DNA from: Octopus vulgaris
Taxonomy: Eukaryota
Length of the DNA: 64,000 nucleotides
Reading direction: 5' to 3'
Assembly (NCBI GenBank): GCA_951406725.2
Contig: OX597819.1
Span: 13,082,001-13,146,000 of the forward strand
Position numbers and translations under genes: made by a program. Within the stretch, counting starts at the first letter, position 1, and each line of letters begins with the position of its first letter. Below are positions 12,865 through 25,234 of this stretch, piece after piece. The notes under the pieces are model-generated. The model searched no databases. It saw only the letters and a list, made by a program, of their open reading frames with translations, and was not told the DNA's origin.

Positions 12865-12993
12865 TCATCATCGTTTAGCGTCCGCTTTCCATGCTAGCAT
12901 GGGTTGGATGGTTCAACTGGGGTCTGGGAAGCCAGAAGGCTGCACCAGGCCCAGTTTGATCAGGCAATGTTTCTACGGCTGGATGCCCTTCCT
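12865..12993 (-). mobile_element. RTE family C 3' end fragment
   Basis: catcatcgtttagcgtccgctttccatgctagcatgggttgg..gctggatgcccttcct. Confidence 0.85.
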
Positions 12994-13005
12994 ATATATA
13001 TATAT

Positions 13006-13072
<67 letters not shown>

Positions 13073-13658
13073 TACTGCTTTAATGCATTAGAGTGTGCTT
13101 CTTATTTGGATATATGAACTACTGATGATACACACACACATATGTATCCTTGCATTTCCTCATTAAACTCCAAATTCCACACCTTCATATCAGTATAACT
13201 GACATTTTTGAAAGTAAAAGAAAATAATATCTAAACATAACTATGAAGTCGGATATGATATAAAAACAAAAAAAGTTAAAACAACAAACCAGTTTGCACT
13301 GAGTTTGGCTGGCAATGCCAACTTCCAGTTTGGCAACTCCATTCTCCCATGCTATAAAGAATTATAGCTTGAACTAAACCTCAAGATTTCAAGGTTCTTC
13401 AATGACCATATCATAACGACTCTCCTTGTGTTTATATTAGGTCTACTTAATCTATTTCTCCAACCAATTTAGCCAATGAGAAGGAGCCTCTGCACTATCC
13501 TACCAGCTAGAAATAGAAGATAAACAGATATCTTGGGATAAGCAATAAGAACCCATCTATTCTGCTGTTTTTTACGCTACCCTGACAAAGATTTATTATC
13601 TAACTCTCTTTCATTCTCTCTCTCTTCTCTGTTCTTATATCAATCATTGGGAGGTGAG

Positions 13659-13686
<28 letters not shown>

Positions 13687-13689
<3 letters not shown>

Positions 13690-13990
13690 CTGTTGTGTCT
13701 GGAGAGAGTCATTTTCTGTTTGTGTCTTATAATTTAACACACTCACTGGTAAAATTTCCACATATTTCTTATTTTTATTTTCCTAAAATTTTCATTGCGT
13801 CTTTGCTATTGAAAAGGTTGCAAGATGCAATGAAAATTTTAGGAAAATAAAAATAAGTGGAAATTTTACCAGTGAGTGTATTAAATTATAAGGCACAAAA
13901 AGAAAATGAAACTTCCCATACACAACAGAATATGCTTCAACACACGAACTCACATAAAGAATCTTGCAAACCAAATCCAAAAACGAAATA
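13687..13990. repeat. Fold-back insert (about 115-bp inverted arms) inside (TA)n
   Basis: 13687-13806 is the reverse complement of about 13820-13932 with a few substitutions and indels; flanked by (TA)n on both sides. Confidence 0.85.
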
Positions 13991-14277
13991 TATATATATA
14001 TTTTAATATACTATAGATGTCTTACTTAGTGTGTGTCCTTGTGTGGGTGAATTGATAGAGTCAATAGAACAGGATAAAATATCTTGCAGGATTAGTTCCA
14101 GTTCTCCATGGTCTGGGATCAAATCCACTCAGGTTAAATTTCCCTTTTATATTAAGATAATGAATTAGGGAGGGAGGGATGGATGCATGTGTGTGCATAT
14201 GCATGTTATTAGAAAGAAATGCTTCTTGATCATTACACTAATTCACATTGTTGTCCCTACTGGCATTATAATAAAGA

Positions 14278-14869
14278 TATAACATAGCAGTCTTGGTTTA
14301 GGACGAATGTTGCTGTAATTTAGCCCCAGGATTCCCTTGTTCGAAAATATAAGAACACAGATTGTGTCATATAGTCAGCTGGAGATGATGTCTCCTAGGG
14401 CTGAATTACAGCAACATTCATCCTAAATCAGGACTGCCATGTTATGTTGGCAAATAATCTTTACTCCAGAGTACTGTTGCTGAATATCTCTCGTGAGATT
14501 TAAAAATAGTAATTTTCTAGTTTATTGATCAGTAACTAGTTGCCACTTTGAAAACTATATATTTTGAACAGGAATTTGGCAGTGCCACCTCTAGCCGAAC
14601 AATTATTCTGTGCTGATGAAGGGAAATAACCCGGAAATCATGATACACAGATATTGTTTTGAGCTGAGTCAGGGTGCTAGATTGCCTTGTTTGAAAATAT
14701 AACGACACAGATCGTGTCGTATAGCCAGCTGGAGACGATGTCTCCTGGGGCTAAATTACAGCAACATTCATCCTAAACCAGGACTGCCATGATATGTTGG
14801 CAAACAATTTTTACTCCAATGTACTGTTGCTGAATATCTCTTGTGAGATTTAAAAATAGTTATTTTCTA
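14278..14869 (+). mobile_element. Retrozyme/Penelope-like non-autonomous element: 350-bp period partial tandem with 5' inverted piece and hammerhead
   Basis: 14331-14519 repeats at 14681-14869 (period 350); 14278-14331 is an inverted copy of part of the unit; hammerhead at 14607-14651. Confidence 0.75.
14607..14651 (+). ncRNA. Minimal type I hammerhead ribozyme motif
   Basis: TCTGTG-CTGATGA-A-GGG(AAATAA)CCC-G-GAAA-TCATGA-TA-CACAGA: 6-bp stem I, catalytic core, short stem II, palindromic stem III ATCATGAT. Confidence 0.75.
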
Positions 14870-15802
14870 CAGGTATTAATAATAACAAAGTTTTGAGACA
14901 ACTATAGCTCACCTTGATGATATGTCTATGAAAGACATTATATCTATGGAAGAGAATTGTAACGTAAAATATTTTGTTTCATATTTTTGGCAATTTTTTT
15001 TTAGTGTTAGTGTTATTTTGTATGTAATGTATTTCATTTTTGAAGCCACTTTTTTATTGCATCATTGTAATAATGAATGACACAAAAGATTCTTCATCAA
15101 AGTATAACCAGATATGCATTTACTAGTAGGCTTTGTTTGCTAAATTTCTATGGGTTATCAGGGGATGGCTGGAATATATATATTAATACTCTGCAAATGA
15201 ATTGAAAAACATTTAGTTATTCATCATGGCTAAAACTTCAGTAAAAATAAACACCTTTCTTGCTTTTGTGTGTTTTACACATATGATTATTGAAGACATG
15301 AAATTGTTTTTTGCATGTGAATAATTAAATATACCATATCTTCTGTGAATGGTAACTGAATAGATGAAAATGTGATTCACTTTCTTACAGTATTTTGGCA
15401 ACCAATCAAATCTCAATGAATAATTAGTCATATTTCCAAGGTTTTACAAATATTTTTGCATATATATTGTCATGCTACTTCCCTTATTCATTCGAGTAAT
15501 TGGCAATGTGAAACTCAAAGTCATGATTATCAAAACCTGAAATTTCTTCAAAGTTGAAGTATGTAGTTCATTTGTGCAAATATATATCAGAGGGATTTCA
15601 TGCATGAGTGCAAAGTATGCAATGCATGCCCAATATATATAAATAAATGAATGTAAATAGCAAATCCAGTGTTAATGTTTTTCATTTTTATCACAGACAG
15701 CTGGAAAAGAGGGTAGATACATATTACATGTAGCTTATAAGTTTGTGGGTCTTAACTTTAAAAATTGCATGCTCTGGCTTTAAATACCAGCAGTTAACTC
15801 AT

Positions 15803-15817
15803 ACATGTGTGTGTGTG

Positions 15818-15889
<72 letters not shown>

Positions 15890-15975
15890 ACATGCATACA
15901 TATATATACATGCATACATATATATACATGCATACATATATATACATGCATATATATATATATACATGCATACAT

Positions 15976-16027
<52 letters not shown>

Positions 16028-16175
16028 GCATACATATAAATACATGCATATATATATATATATATATATATGCATACATATATATACATGCATACGTATA
16101 TATACATGCATACGTATATATACATGCATACATATATATACATACATATACATACATATATATATATACATACAT

Positions 16176-16234
<59 letters not shown>

Positions 16235-16260
16235 TACATATATACATACATATATATATA
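15803..16260. repeat. Compound (TA)n/(CA)n microsatellite with TATATACATGCATACA-type minisatellite units
   Basis: Directly visible; source of many spurious YI/HT ORFs. Confidence 0.95.
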
Positions 16261-16543
16261 TCAAATATGTTGTTAATATCTAATATTCTCAATCGCCTGC
16301 GTGTCTGCTCTTAACTGCATCTACTCCATATTGTCTTCGCACTCAACTTCCACTTCCCCCCCTCTCTCTCACACACACACACACTGACATGCACAAACGC
16401 ATATTCACTTATGCAAACTCAAATGTGAATTACATCTGTAAAATATAAAGAATATTCAGTTGCTAAGGCATGCACACACACACACACACATGAGTGTATG
16501 TTCATGGATGCATTTACATATTTTCTTTATATTTCTTTGTATT

Positions 16544-16599
<56 letters not shown>

Positions 16600-16601
<2 letters not shown>

Positions 16602-16770
16602 CGCAGGAGCGGCTGTGTGGTAAGTAGCTTGCTAACCAGCCACATGGTTCCGGGTTCAGTCCCACTGCGTGGCATCTTAGGCAAGTGTCTTCTGCTATAG
16701 CCCCGGGCTTACCAATGCCTTGTGAGTGGATTTGGTTGACGGAAACTGAAAGAAGCCTGTCGTATATATG

Positions 16771-16803
<33 letters not shown>

Positions 16804-16997
16804 CTGTCCCCCTAGCATTGCTTGACAACCGATACTGGTGTGTTTACGTCCCCGTCACTTAGCGGTTCGGCAAAAGAGACCGATAGAATAAGTACTGGAC
16901 TTACAAAGAATAAGTCCCGGGGTCGATTTGCTCGACTAAAGGCAGTGCTCCAGCATGGCCACAGTCAAATGACTGAAACAAGTAAAAGAATAAAAGA

Positions 16998-17000
<3 letters not shown>
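16600..17000 (+). mobile_element. SINE-A full length
   Basis: Family head, CORE-like region, internal microsatellite and aagtaaaagaataaaagaata tail. Confidence 0.92.
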
Positions 17001-17062
<62 letters not shown>

Positions 17063-17453
17063 AATGAAAAATGTATAAACAAACGACATAACGTATAGTG
17101 AATGTGAAAACAAACAGAAGGTCCATAATTCTTCACTTGTTATCAACCGATCGGTAATATTCAGTTTCGCACCTTTAAAAATAACTCCTCCTCTTTTTAG
17201 GACTAAGTGCTTTCCAATTGGCAGAGCACATACAAAAAAAAAAAAAAAGGTTTTTTTGCATTGAATTAGGGACAAGAGCAAACAAAACAGAACAAGCAAA
17301 TGACACAGAGTGTGATTTAGGACCGTGGACAAGGACGAACAAAATACGGCCACGGGGCCAAGGAGGTGAGAATAGTGAGTAACGCTTAGAAAATATCTTG
17401 AAGGATGGAGAATGGAGAGACAGAGCATTTGTGATTGGTCAGGAACAGGATCA

Positions 17454-17495
<42 letters not shown>

Positions 17496-17497
17496 TT

Positions 17498-17795
17498 TCA
17501 AGCGAGGTCATTGCCAGTGCCACTGGACTGGCTCCTGTGCAGGTGGCACATAAAAAACACCACTTGAGTGTGGCTGTTGCCAGTACCGCCTGACTGGCCC
17601 GCTGGTGCCGGTGGCATGTAAAAGTACACTACACTGTTGGAGTGGTTGGCAGTAGGAAGGGCATCCAGCTGTAGAAACTCTGCCAGATAAGATTGGAGCC
17701 TGGTGCAGCCATCTGGTTCGCCAGTCCTCAGTCAAATTGTCCAACCCTTGCTAGCATGGAAAGCGGATGTTAAACGATGATGATGATGATGATGA
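17498..17795 (+). mobile_element. RTE family C 3' end
   Basis: ggtggcacataaaaaacacc modules, aggaagggcatccagctgtagaaac, ends gttaaacgatgatgatg. Confidence 0.85.
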
Positions 17796-17851
17796 TATAT
17801 ATATATATATATATATACACACAAATACACACGTGCACACATACACATGTA

Positions 17852-18459
17852 TGAAGGGGTGCTGAGAAGTTCCTGGTTTTAAGGGTATAGTGAAAGGCCC
17901 AGTTGTAGGCCCAAACTTCCAAGTTCTTTTACAGGGCTTAGAAAAATTGAAGGACTAATACAAGTGTGTGAATCTGAGAAGGGGCATATCTTTATATATA
18001 AAAGTGAAGTTGTGTGCTGTCTGTCTCCTACGATTTAGATTCCTAACTACTCCCACATTTTGCGGTGCAGTTTAACCAAAACCGGGTATCTTATAGTCGT
18101 GATTCATATCAAGCCCTTCTGGGTATTAGCACGCGTCTACGATGAGTCTACGATTAAAAAAAATTTACCATAAATTTTTCCCATTTTTAATGCATTTTTG
18201 GCATATATAAAGGAAGTAACTCTCTAAAAATTTATTAAATCTCAGAACGTAAAAAGCTACAGTAGCACCCCATCCTTTGTGGTTAGCCATATTGAGATGG
18301 CTATTATACTTTACATCTCTAAAAATGCTTATATAGTTATTTCCCTTACAAACCCGAACAACACCGGGCGATACTGCTAGTGTTCAATAAAATCTTAATT
18401 AACTGATCCTCCTGTATTTTCTTTTACCCAAAGCCAGGAACTTTTCAGCACCACCCCCA
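17852..18459 (+). mobile_element. Mariner deletion derivative (MITE) interrupted by a Helitron
   Basis: TIRs tgaaggggtgctgagaagttcctgg / ccaggaacttttcagcaccac; internal remnant GLEKLKD..KCVNLR..YVQ* typical of a mariner C-terminus, read across the Helitron insertion. Confidence 0.7.
17989..18380 (+). mobile_element. Non-autonomous Helitron, copy 1
   Basis: 5' TC(TTTATATATAAAAG), 3' hairpin cccg..cggg then CTAG, inserted between A and T, no TSD. Confidence 0.9.
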
Positions 18460-20560
18460 TGTGTGTGTGTATGTGTACTAATGTTTTTTTTTATGTATAG
18501 TTAAATATAAGATCAGTGAAACTGTAATTGAAAGATTACTGAAAACATTTAAGCTTATCATGCTTATTTTTACAAGGAAAATGTTGACAGTAACTTCAAA
18601 GGTTTGGATCGGTTTCCTTCATCACTCTGTAACCTACCCCTATGTGTATGCACATGTATATTTACATAAACATACTTATGAACACACATCTGTATGTATA
18701 TTTATATAGGTGAGAGTGTGTGTATGTAAGTGTGTGGAGAGTGAGGGGGCAAAATGAGTAACAGTTACACAGTGAAGTCTAAACAGAGAAAGCAATACAT
18801 AGCATTAGAAACCCGAGATTGATAGTTCAATTCTTGTACATTAAAGACTGACAGTCAGAGAGGTTTGTCATGTGGACAGCAGGCTGGTTAAGTTATATGT
18901 GGATGATATAATGTAGAGAGAATGAGATTCAATCATTTGGCAGACAATAAAACAGGAACAAACAAACAAGGAATAAACTTGGTTCTCAATTCTTTCTCGT
19001 AGAATTATTTACATTTTTATTGCAATTCCGCTGGAAATTTATAAGTAATAAAACTAAAATTAGTTTGACTGTTATTGTCTCTAGACAGGGTTGGTTGCCA
19101 TAAAGTCTGGTCAATGTTTATTATTCAACAGGACCGAATTACTTAATGCAACACAAACCTTCATTTCCTTTGCTAACTTCAAACATATTAACTGGAGTTT
19201 TTTTTTAGTTGTTTCTATGTTGTTGCTCGTTGTTGTTGTTGAGAAAAGGTGTGCCAGCCATAATCATGTTGTCTCCTTGTTTTTTTTATGGACGTAATGT
19301 ATCTGGGACTACATTACATAATATCTCTTGCTTTTGTTTATTTTTTTTTGTTTAATTGTAGCTGTGGTTGTGTGGCTACGTTTGTTCTGCAACTCCAGGG
19401 TTCCAGGTTCAGTTACACAGTGTGGCACCTTGGGCATGTGTCTTCTCTTGTAGACACATCAAAGCTCTCTGAGTAGATTTGATAAACAGAAACTGAAAGT
19501 AGTCCCTTGCATCTGTCTGTCTTTCTTCCTTTCTTTTTTCTTTCCTTCTTTTTCTTTCTTCCTTCATGAGTACATGTATTTTTGCGTCTTAGTATTGACA
19601 TCATGCAATAGTTGTAAACAAGAAGTGTTGTTCATTTCCAATCATCCATAAAAATATGTCTGGCCATGAGGACATACTGTGCATTGTTTGGAAGCTGGTG
19701 AAGGTTGGCAACAGAAAGGGCATCCAGCTGTAGATATTCTACCTCAGCAAATTCTATCTGCTCTGACCAGTAGTAGTAGCACTTGTCAGGGGCTTTGCAA
19801 TGGATTAATGAACATGCCATAGAATTCTCTGGGAGAACATCCTAATGGACCCAGGGTAGACAAAAACCTGTTCATCTAAGAGAAAGTAACTCCATACAAA
19901 TCCTGCATCTTAACAAGAACTGGCCTTGTGGCACTTTTTGTACCAGACCAATGTAAGTTTAAAGGATGAAAGAGCAGGTTTGGCTTTGCACAAACCATGC
20001 CTGCTTTATAATAATAAACCCCTGCTTACTTGTGGAGTAAACCTCTACAGAAAATCCAGAGGGAGGGACCCAAGGCAGTTATGTAGTTATTCTTAATCAG
20101 TATCGGGCATCTCCTGCAGATACATAGATGCTGCAAGTGTATTGACTGGTCTTTCCAATTGCAGGGTATGTAATAGTGGAGAGAAGGTAAGAGTACTTGG
20201 TACTTAGCATTTGTTTTGAAAAACAGCCAGGTACAGCAGAGGTGGTTAAGTTAGTGTCTCTGCAATACTGTTGGTCAACGATGAAGAAGGTCAGCCATAT
20301 ATACCCAACACAAATAGAAATAATTTTGTTTCATTTAGCTTTTGATGCAGAAAAGCTGTATACACAGTTAATCATGGAAGGGTGTATATAAATGAAATAT
20401 ATAACCGAAAAGAAAAAAAACATACATAGGTCTGTGTGTACATGTGTTTGTTTGTGTGCATGCATGTGCTTATGTGTGTGTGTGTGTGTATGTGTATGTG
20501 TTTATGTATGTATATGTGTGTGTGTGTATATACATATGTATATATATATATATATATATA

Positions 20561-20972
20561 TACTCTTTACTCTTTTTACTCTTTTACTTGTTTCAGTCAT
20601 TTGACTGCGGCCATGCTGGAGCACCGCCTTTTAGTCGAGCAAATCAATCCCGGGACTTATTCTTTGTAAGCCCAGTACTTATTCTATCGGTCTCTTTTGC
20701 CGAACCGCTAAGTGACAGGGACGTAAACACACCAGCATCAGTTGTCAAGCAATGCTAGGGGGACAAACACAGACACACAAACACACACATATATATATAT
20801 ATATATATACGACAGGCTTCTTTCAGTTTCCGTCTACCAAATCGTCTCACAAGGCATTGGTCGGCCCGGGTCTATAACAGAAGGCACTTGCCCAAGATGC
20901 CACGCAGTGGGACTGAACCCGGAACCATGTGGTTGGTTAGCAAGCTACTTACCACACAGCCACTCCTGCGCC
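20561..20972 (-). mobile_element. SINE-A full length
   Basis: Reverse complement of the family consensus, head ends ..cactcctgcgcc. Confidence 0.92.
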
Positions 20973-22068
20973 TATATATATATATATGTGTATACATACA
21001 TATATATACGTATATATATATAGTCATACTCTATACCGATGAAGTGTATAGGCTCTAGAGGAGTTGACTGTATAAGAAGTTCATTGCTGATGCCCTTAAT
21101 AACCTGATAAAGATTAAAGGTTTAATCTAACCGACTGAATAACAAAGAAAGAAAAAGAGGAAAAAAAACAAGAAAGAAAAGAGGGAAAAAGAAGAAGGGA
21201 GAGTAGTTAATAACCATTGTGTTTGTACTTGTTTATTATTAGCTGGACTTTAAAATATCTTGTACTAATTAGCTATAGTCATTAGAAATAATTATTGCTA
21301 TTATCAATTAATTATGGTTGATTACAAGCCAGGTCTTAGTTTAGTTCAGTTGAGTTGGATACTGTATTAACTCTGATGTACTATGTGGTTACTGTAGTAG
21401 TAAAACTTGTGGTTGGGGTTGTTTTTTAACCCCAGGTCAGTAGGTATGTGGTCATATCTAGAACTATGTGGTTTAATGTGTCAGTTGAGGGTGGTTTGAC
21501 TGCTATTTGTGAATGATTTGTATAATGGTCCCCTTTTCATCTTGTTGCTACTTTTGGTGTTGTTATTTAGCCCAAAGTTAGCCCTGACAGGACAGACCTA
21601 TGATCAAAGACGATTTATCAATAACCATCCAGTGATTTCCTCATGAGCTAACCAGGAGGCTTATAGATTGTTGCTTGATCTGCTGGAAATAGTAGTCAAA
21701 TCTCTCTTGCATTGCATCCTGTTGTCTTAAAATAGGCCACATCATCATAATGTCATGTAGGATGGCTGAAAAAGTAGGATGGTCATGCCTGGAACTCTTT
21801 TGATTATAATAACTCTGCTCAACCATGGCTGGCTTGGAGTTAATGTTTCTTCAACCAAAGAATAACCATTTTGACTTCTCCCTTAAAAGGGCAAAACATT
21901 TCCTTAAATCCTCAAACTTCCATCCCTTCCTCCCAACACAAACACACACAGTCGTATTACCCCTTTTGGTCCTTAAAGACTCTCAATGCTTATAGTTCAT
22001 CAATGATTGTTTCCTAACTCAAGAATTTTTATTCTTAGCCAAAAGAAAAACAAAGAATATAATATTAC

Positions 22069-22543
22069 CATTATTTACATTTGTCCTCATCTTGTTTGTT
22101 GTTAACACAACGTTTCGGCTGATATACCCTCCAGCCTTCATCAAGTGTCTTGGGGAAATTTCGAACCTGGGTTCTCATTCCTAAGGTATTTTTCAATGTT
22201 GTTGTTGTTTCTGTTGTTGTTGTTGTTCAGGTTACTTCTTGGAATCAAACTTGGAATCTTGGGGTTAGTAGCCTGTGCTCTTAACCACTAAGCCATATGC
22301 CTGTGGCGTAGTGGTTAAGAGCACGGGCTGCTAACCCCAAGATTCCGAGTTCGATTCCAAGCAGTGACCTGAATAATGATAATAATAATAATAATATCGA
22401 AAAATACCTTCAAAATTTCCCCAAGACACCTGATGAGGGCTGGAGGGTATATCAGCTGAAATGTGTTAACAAACAAGATAATGACAAATATCTATCAAAT
22501 GTAAATAATGTACATAATTCCTCATCTCTTAAATATAGAACTG
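22069..22543. mobile_element. Head-to-head inverted pair of a tRNA-headed, hammerhead-containing SINE-like element, flanked by a direct repeat
   Basis: Arms about 22069-22296 and 22303-22510 are reverse complements; A box TGGCGTAGTGG and B box GAGTTCGATTCC; hammerhead in both arms; TATAATATTACCATTATT at 22058-22075 and 22544-22561. Confidence 0.8.
22425..22467 (+). ncRNA. Hammerhead ribozyme motif (right arm; stem III damaged)
   Basis: GACAC-CTGATGA-G-GGCTG(GAGGGTATAT)CAGCT-GAAA-T-GTGTT; the left arm (minus, about 22104-22149) supplies GAAACGTT but has C3>T. Confidence 0.6.
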
Positions 22544-22656
22544 TATAATATTACCATTATTAAAATGAAATATTTCAGGGGTGACATTAGAATATATTTA
22601 ATTATCTATTCAATATTTTTGTGTTTGGCTTCATTTTTTTCTTCATTTATTTAGTA

Positions 22657-22949
22657 CTAGCAGTATCGCCTGGCGTTGCTCGGGTTTGTAAGGGAAATAA
22701 CTATATAAGCATTTTTAGAGAGTTATAGCCAAAAAATAGCAAAAAGATGCATTAAAAATGGAAAGAAAATGATGGTAATTTTTTAAAAAAATCGTTGACT
22801 CATTGTAGACGCGCGCTAATACCTAGAAGGGCTTGATATGAATCATGACTATAAGATACCTTTGGTTAAACTGCACCGCAAAATGTGGGAGTAGTTAGGA
22901 ATCTAAATCATAGGAGACAGACACACAACTTCTCTTTTATGTATAAAGA
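22657..22949 (-). mobile_element. Non-autonomous Helitron, copy 2
   Basis: Plus strand begins CTAGcagtatcgcctggcgttgctcggg and ends ..ataaaGA; flanked by A and T. Confidence 0.9.
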
Positions 22950-23144
22950 TTTCAATTTTTCTGGTAAAGGAATTCTGTCTCCTGTGTTTTTCATGGAGTA
23001 ACTGGGTCAGATGTTTTTATTCCTCAAAAATTTTAATCTAATAAATTTAGAAACTTTTATTCCTCATTTTCTGTGGTTCTTGCTTTCAATTTTCTCCAAA
23101 TAACAGAATTTCAAACATGTTTTAACTTTTTGTTATCATATATA

Positions 23145-23740
23145 GGCGCAGGAGTGGCTGTGTGGTAAGTAGCTTGCTTACCAACCACACGGTTCCAGGT
23201 TCAATCCCACTGCATGGCACCTTGGGCAAGTGTCTTCTGCTATAGCCCCGGGCTGACCAATGCCTTGTGAGTGGATTTGGTAGACGGAAACTGAAAGAAG
23301 CCTGTCGTATATATGTATCATCATCATCATCATCATCATCATCATTTAACGTCCGCTTTCCATGCTAGCATGGGTTGGACGGTTCAACTGGGGTCTGGGG
23401 AGCCCGAAAGCTGCACCAGTCCAGTCAGATCTGGCAGTGTTTCTACAGCTGGATGCCCTTCCTAACGCCAACCACTCCGAGAGTGTAGGCAAATATATAT
23501 ATATATGTATGTATATGTGTGTTTGTGTGTCTGTGTTTGTCCCCCCACCATCGCTTGACAACCAATGCTGGTGTGTTTACGTCCCCGTCACTTAGCGGTT
23601 CGGCAAAAGAGACCGATAGAATAAGTACTGGGCTTACAAAGAATAAGTCCCGGGGTCGATTTGCTCGACTAAAGGCGGTGCTCCAGCATGGCCGCAGTCA
23701 AATGACTGAAACAAGTAAAAGAGTAAAGAGAGTAAAGAGT
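23145..23740 (+). mobile_element. SINE-A with an RTE family C 3' fragment (23317-23490, minus) inserted in its internal microsatellite
   Basis: SINE-A head 23145-23310 and 3' half 23495-23740 separated by catcatcat..tttaacgtccgctttccatgctagc.. Confidence 0.88.
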
Positions 23741-24529
23741 ATATGTCTGTTTAAATACATTATTTTTGTTTTAATCATATTTTTCAAAATAAGGAAAATT
23801 GTCCAACCCATGCCTGCATGGAAAACGGACGTTAATCAACGATGAAGGAAAAAATTTAGTAAAATATCCTAAGCCAGTGTTTGGAACAAATTAACGTGAA
23901 ATTTCGATGGCTTTAAAACCATAAGTTTGTGTCATAGAATCAGAGTTGGTTTCAGGTGGGTTTGAACCAAAAGAGTGAAATTGATAAATGGGCAAGACAT
24001 GACTGTGTTTAAGAAAGTCACTTTAGAACCATGCTGTCACAGATCTTTCTTTGTAACACCTTTGGCCTTCCATAATCGCATAAACAATATCAGATAAGAA
24101 ACAATCAGACTCAAGAAGTGAATTAAAATTTATTACGAATTAGTAAGAACTAATTTGGGTCATGGATAATTTATTGTTTCCTTGTTTGCTTACAGCTGCA
24201 AAGAATCTTTGAGAAGAGACTAATTTTTTTCTGAGCAAATAAAAACCAAACAATTCCTTGACCTTTAGACATTTAATATCAAAAGTAAAACAAAAGTTTG
24301 ACAACTGCAATCTTTTAATATCCTCTTGACTTCATTTACCTGTCTGCTGGCCATACTGATAATTTTGGTTTCCTAGTCAAGGTTTTAATTTTTCAATGGC
24401 TTAGCCAAAGGAGGAAGAGAAATGCTGGGGGCCATTTTGTTTTTCGTTTTTTTTTTTTTTTGTAGCGTTTCCATCATGGATGGAGAAAAGGGAGGATGAA
24501 ATTATTACTTGTGAGTTATTCTCAGACCA

Positions 24530-24979
24530 GAGACCTTGTTTGAATTTGTGCAAAAAAAAACAACAAAAAAACGAAAGCAACTTTGGTATCAAAACCTACC
24601 ACTCACTGCGCCACGGAAGACGCTGCCAGCTACCACCAATCAACAAAAAGGCTGGCTAGGCAGCAAAAACCCTGCGAGAGTCAAGTCTGTTGGTTCGAGG
24701 AGCACAACTATTCAACTCCATTCTGGTACATGTCAGAAATCTATCAGGATGCAGTGTGGAATCATTCAAATTGCAGCTGGATAGATACTTAAGCACCATT
24801 AGAGATGAACCCCATCTCCCAGGATATACACAACAAGCACAAACTGACTCAAACTCACTCCTACACATGTCAAAACTAAACAGAGAATACAACCTGGCAA
24901 CCACACCAGACTCTGAGGATGGAGTCTTCGACTTGGCCTGAGCATGGACTCAAATGAAATGAAATGAAATGAAATGAAA
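24530..24979 (+). mobile_element. CR1/L2-group LINE 3' fragment with (GAAAT)n tail
   Basis: Reading NFGIKTYHSLRHGRRCQLPPI..VRGAQLFNSI..SVESFKLQLDRYLSTIRDEPHLPGY..SNSLLH with one in-frame stop; followed by caaatgaaatgaaatgaaatgaaatgaaa. Confidence 0.75.
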
Positions 24980-25234
24980 CCCATCTCTACCACATGGCTA
25001 TGATTCAATACCAGTAAATAAATTAATGTTGACCACCCATGGCAACAGATGTTTATGACCAGTTCAGATATGAAAAGGAGCTAGGCATCATTGATACCAA
25101 TTCTATTTCTTTTATTCTTGTTAAAATGATACAACATAAAGATACACTTCACATAAAATACTTTTGTTTTATATTCCAGTGTGATATTGTTTCCAAGATA
25201 TTGATGAGGAAATCTATCACTATATAATCTCTGT

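Noticed and set aside
15743-16314. Long ORFs rich in Y/I/H/T/C/V (also 25235-25740, 43816-44396, 49019-49307)
   Set aside because: Translations of stop-free microsatellites
19760-20200. Possible 5' UTR fragment of an old LINE
   Set aside because: Only a vague resemblance, single copy, no ORF to support it
21104-21135. CTGATAA followed by a perfect 8-bp hairpin
   Set aside because: G8 is mutated and GAAA is missing; insufficient for a hammerhead call
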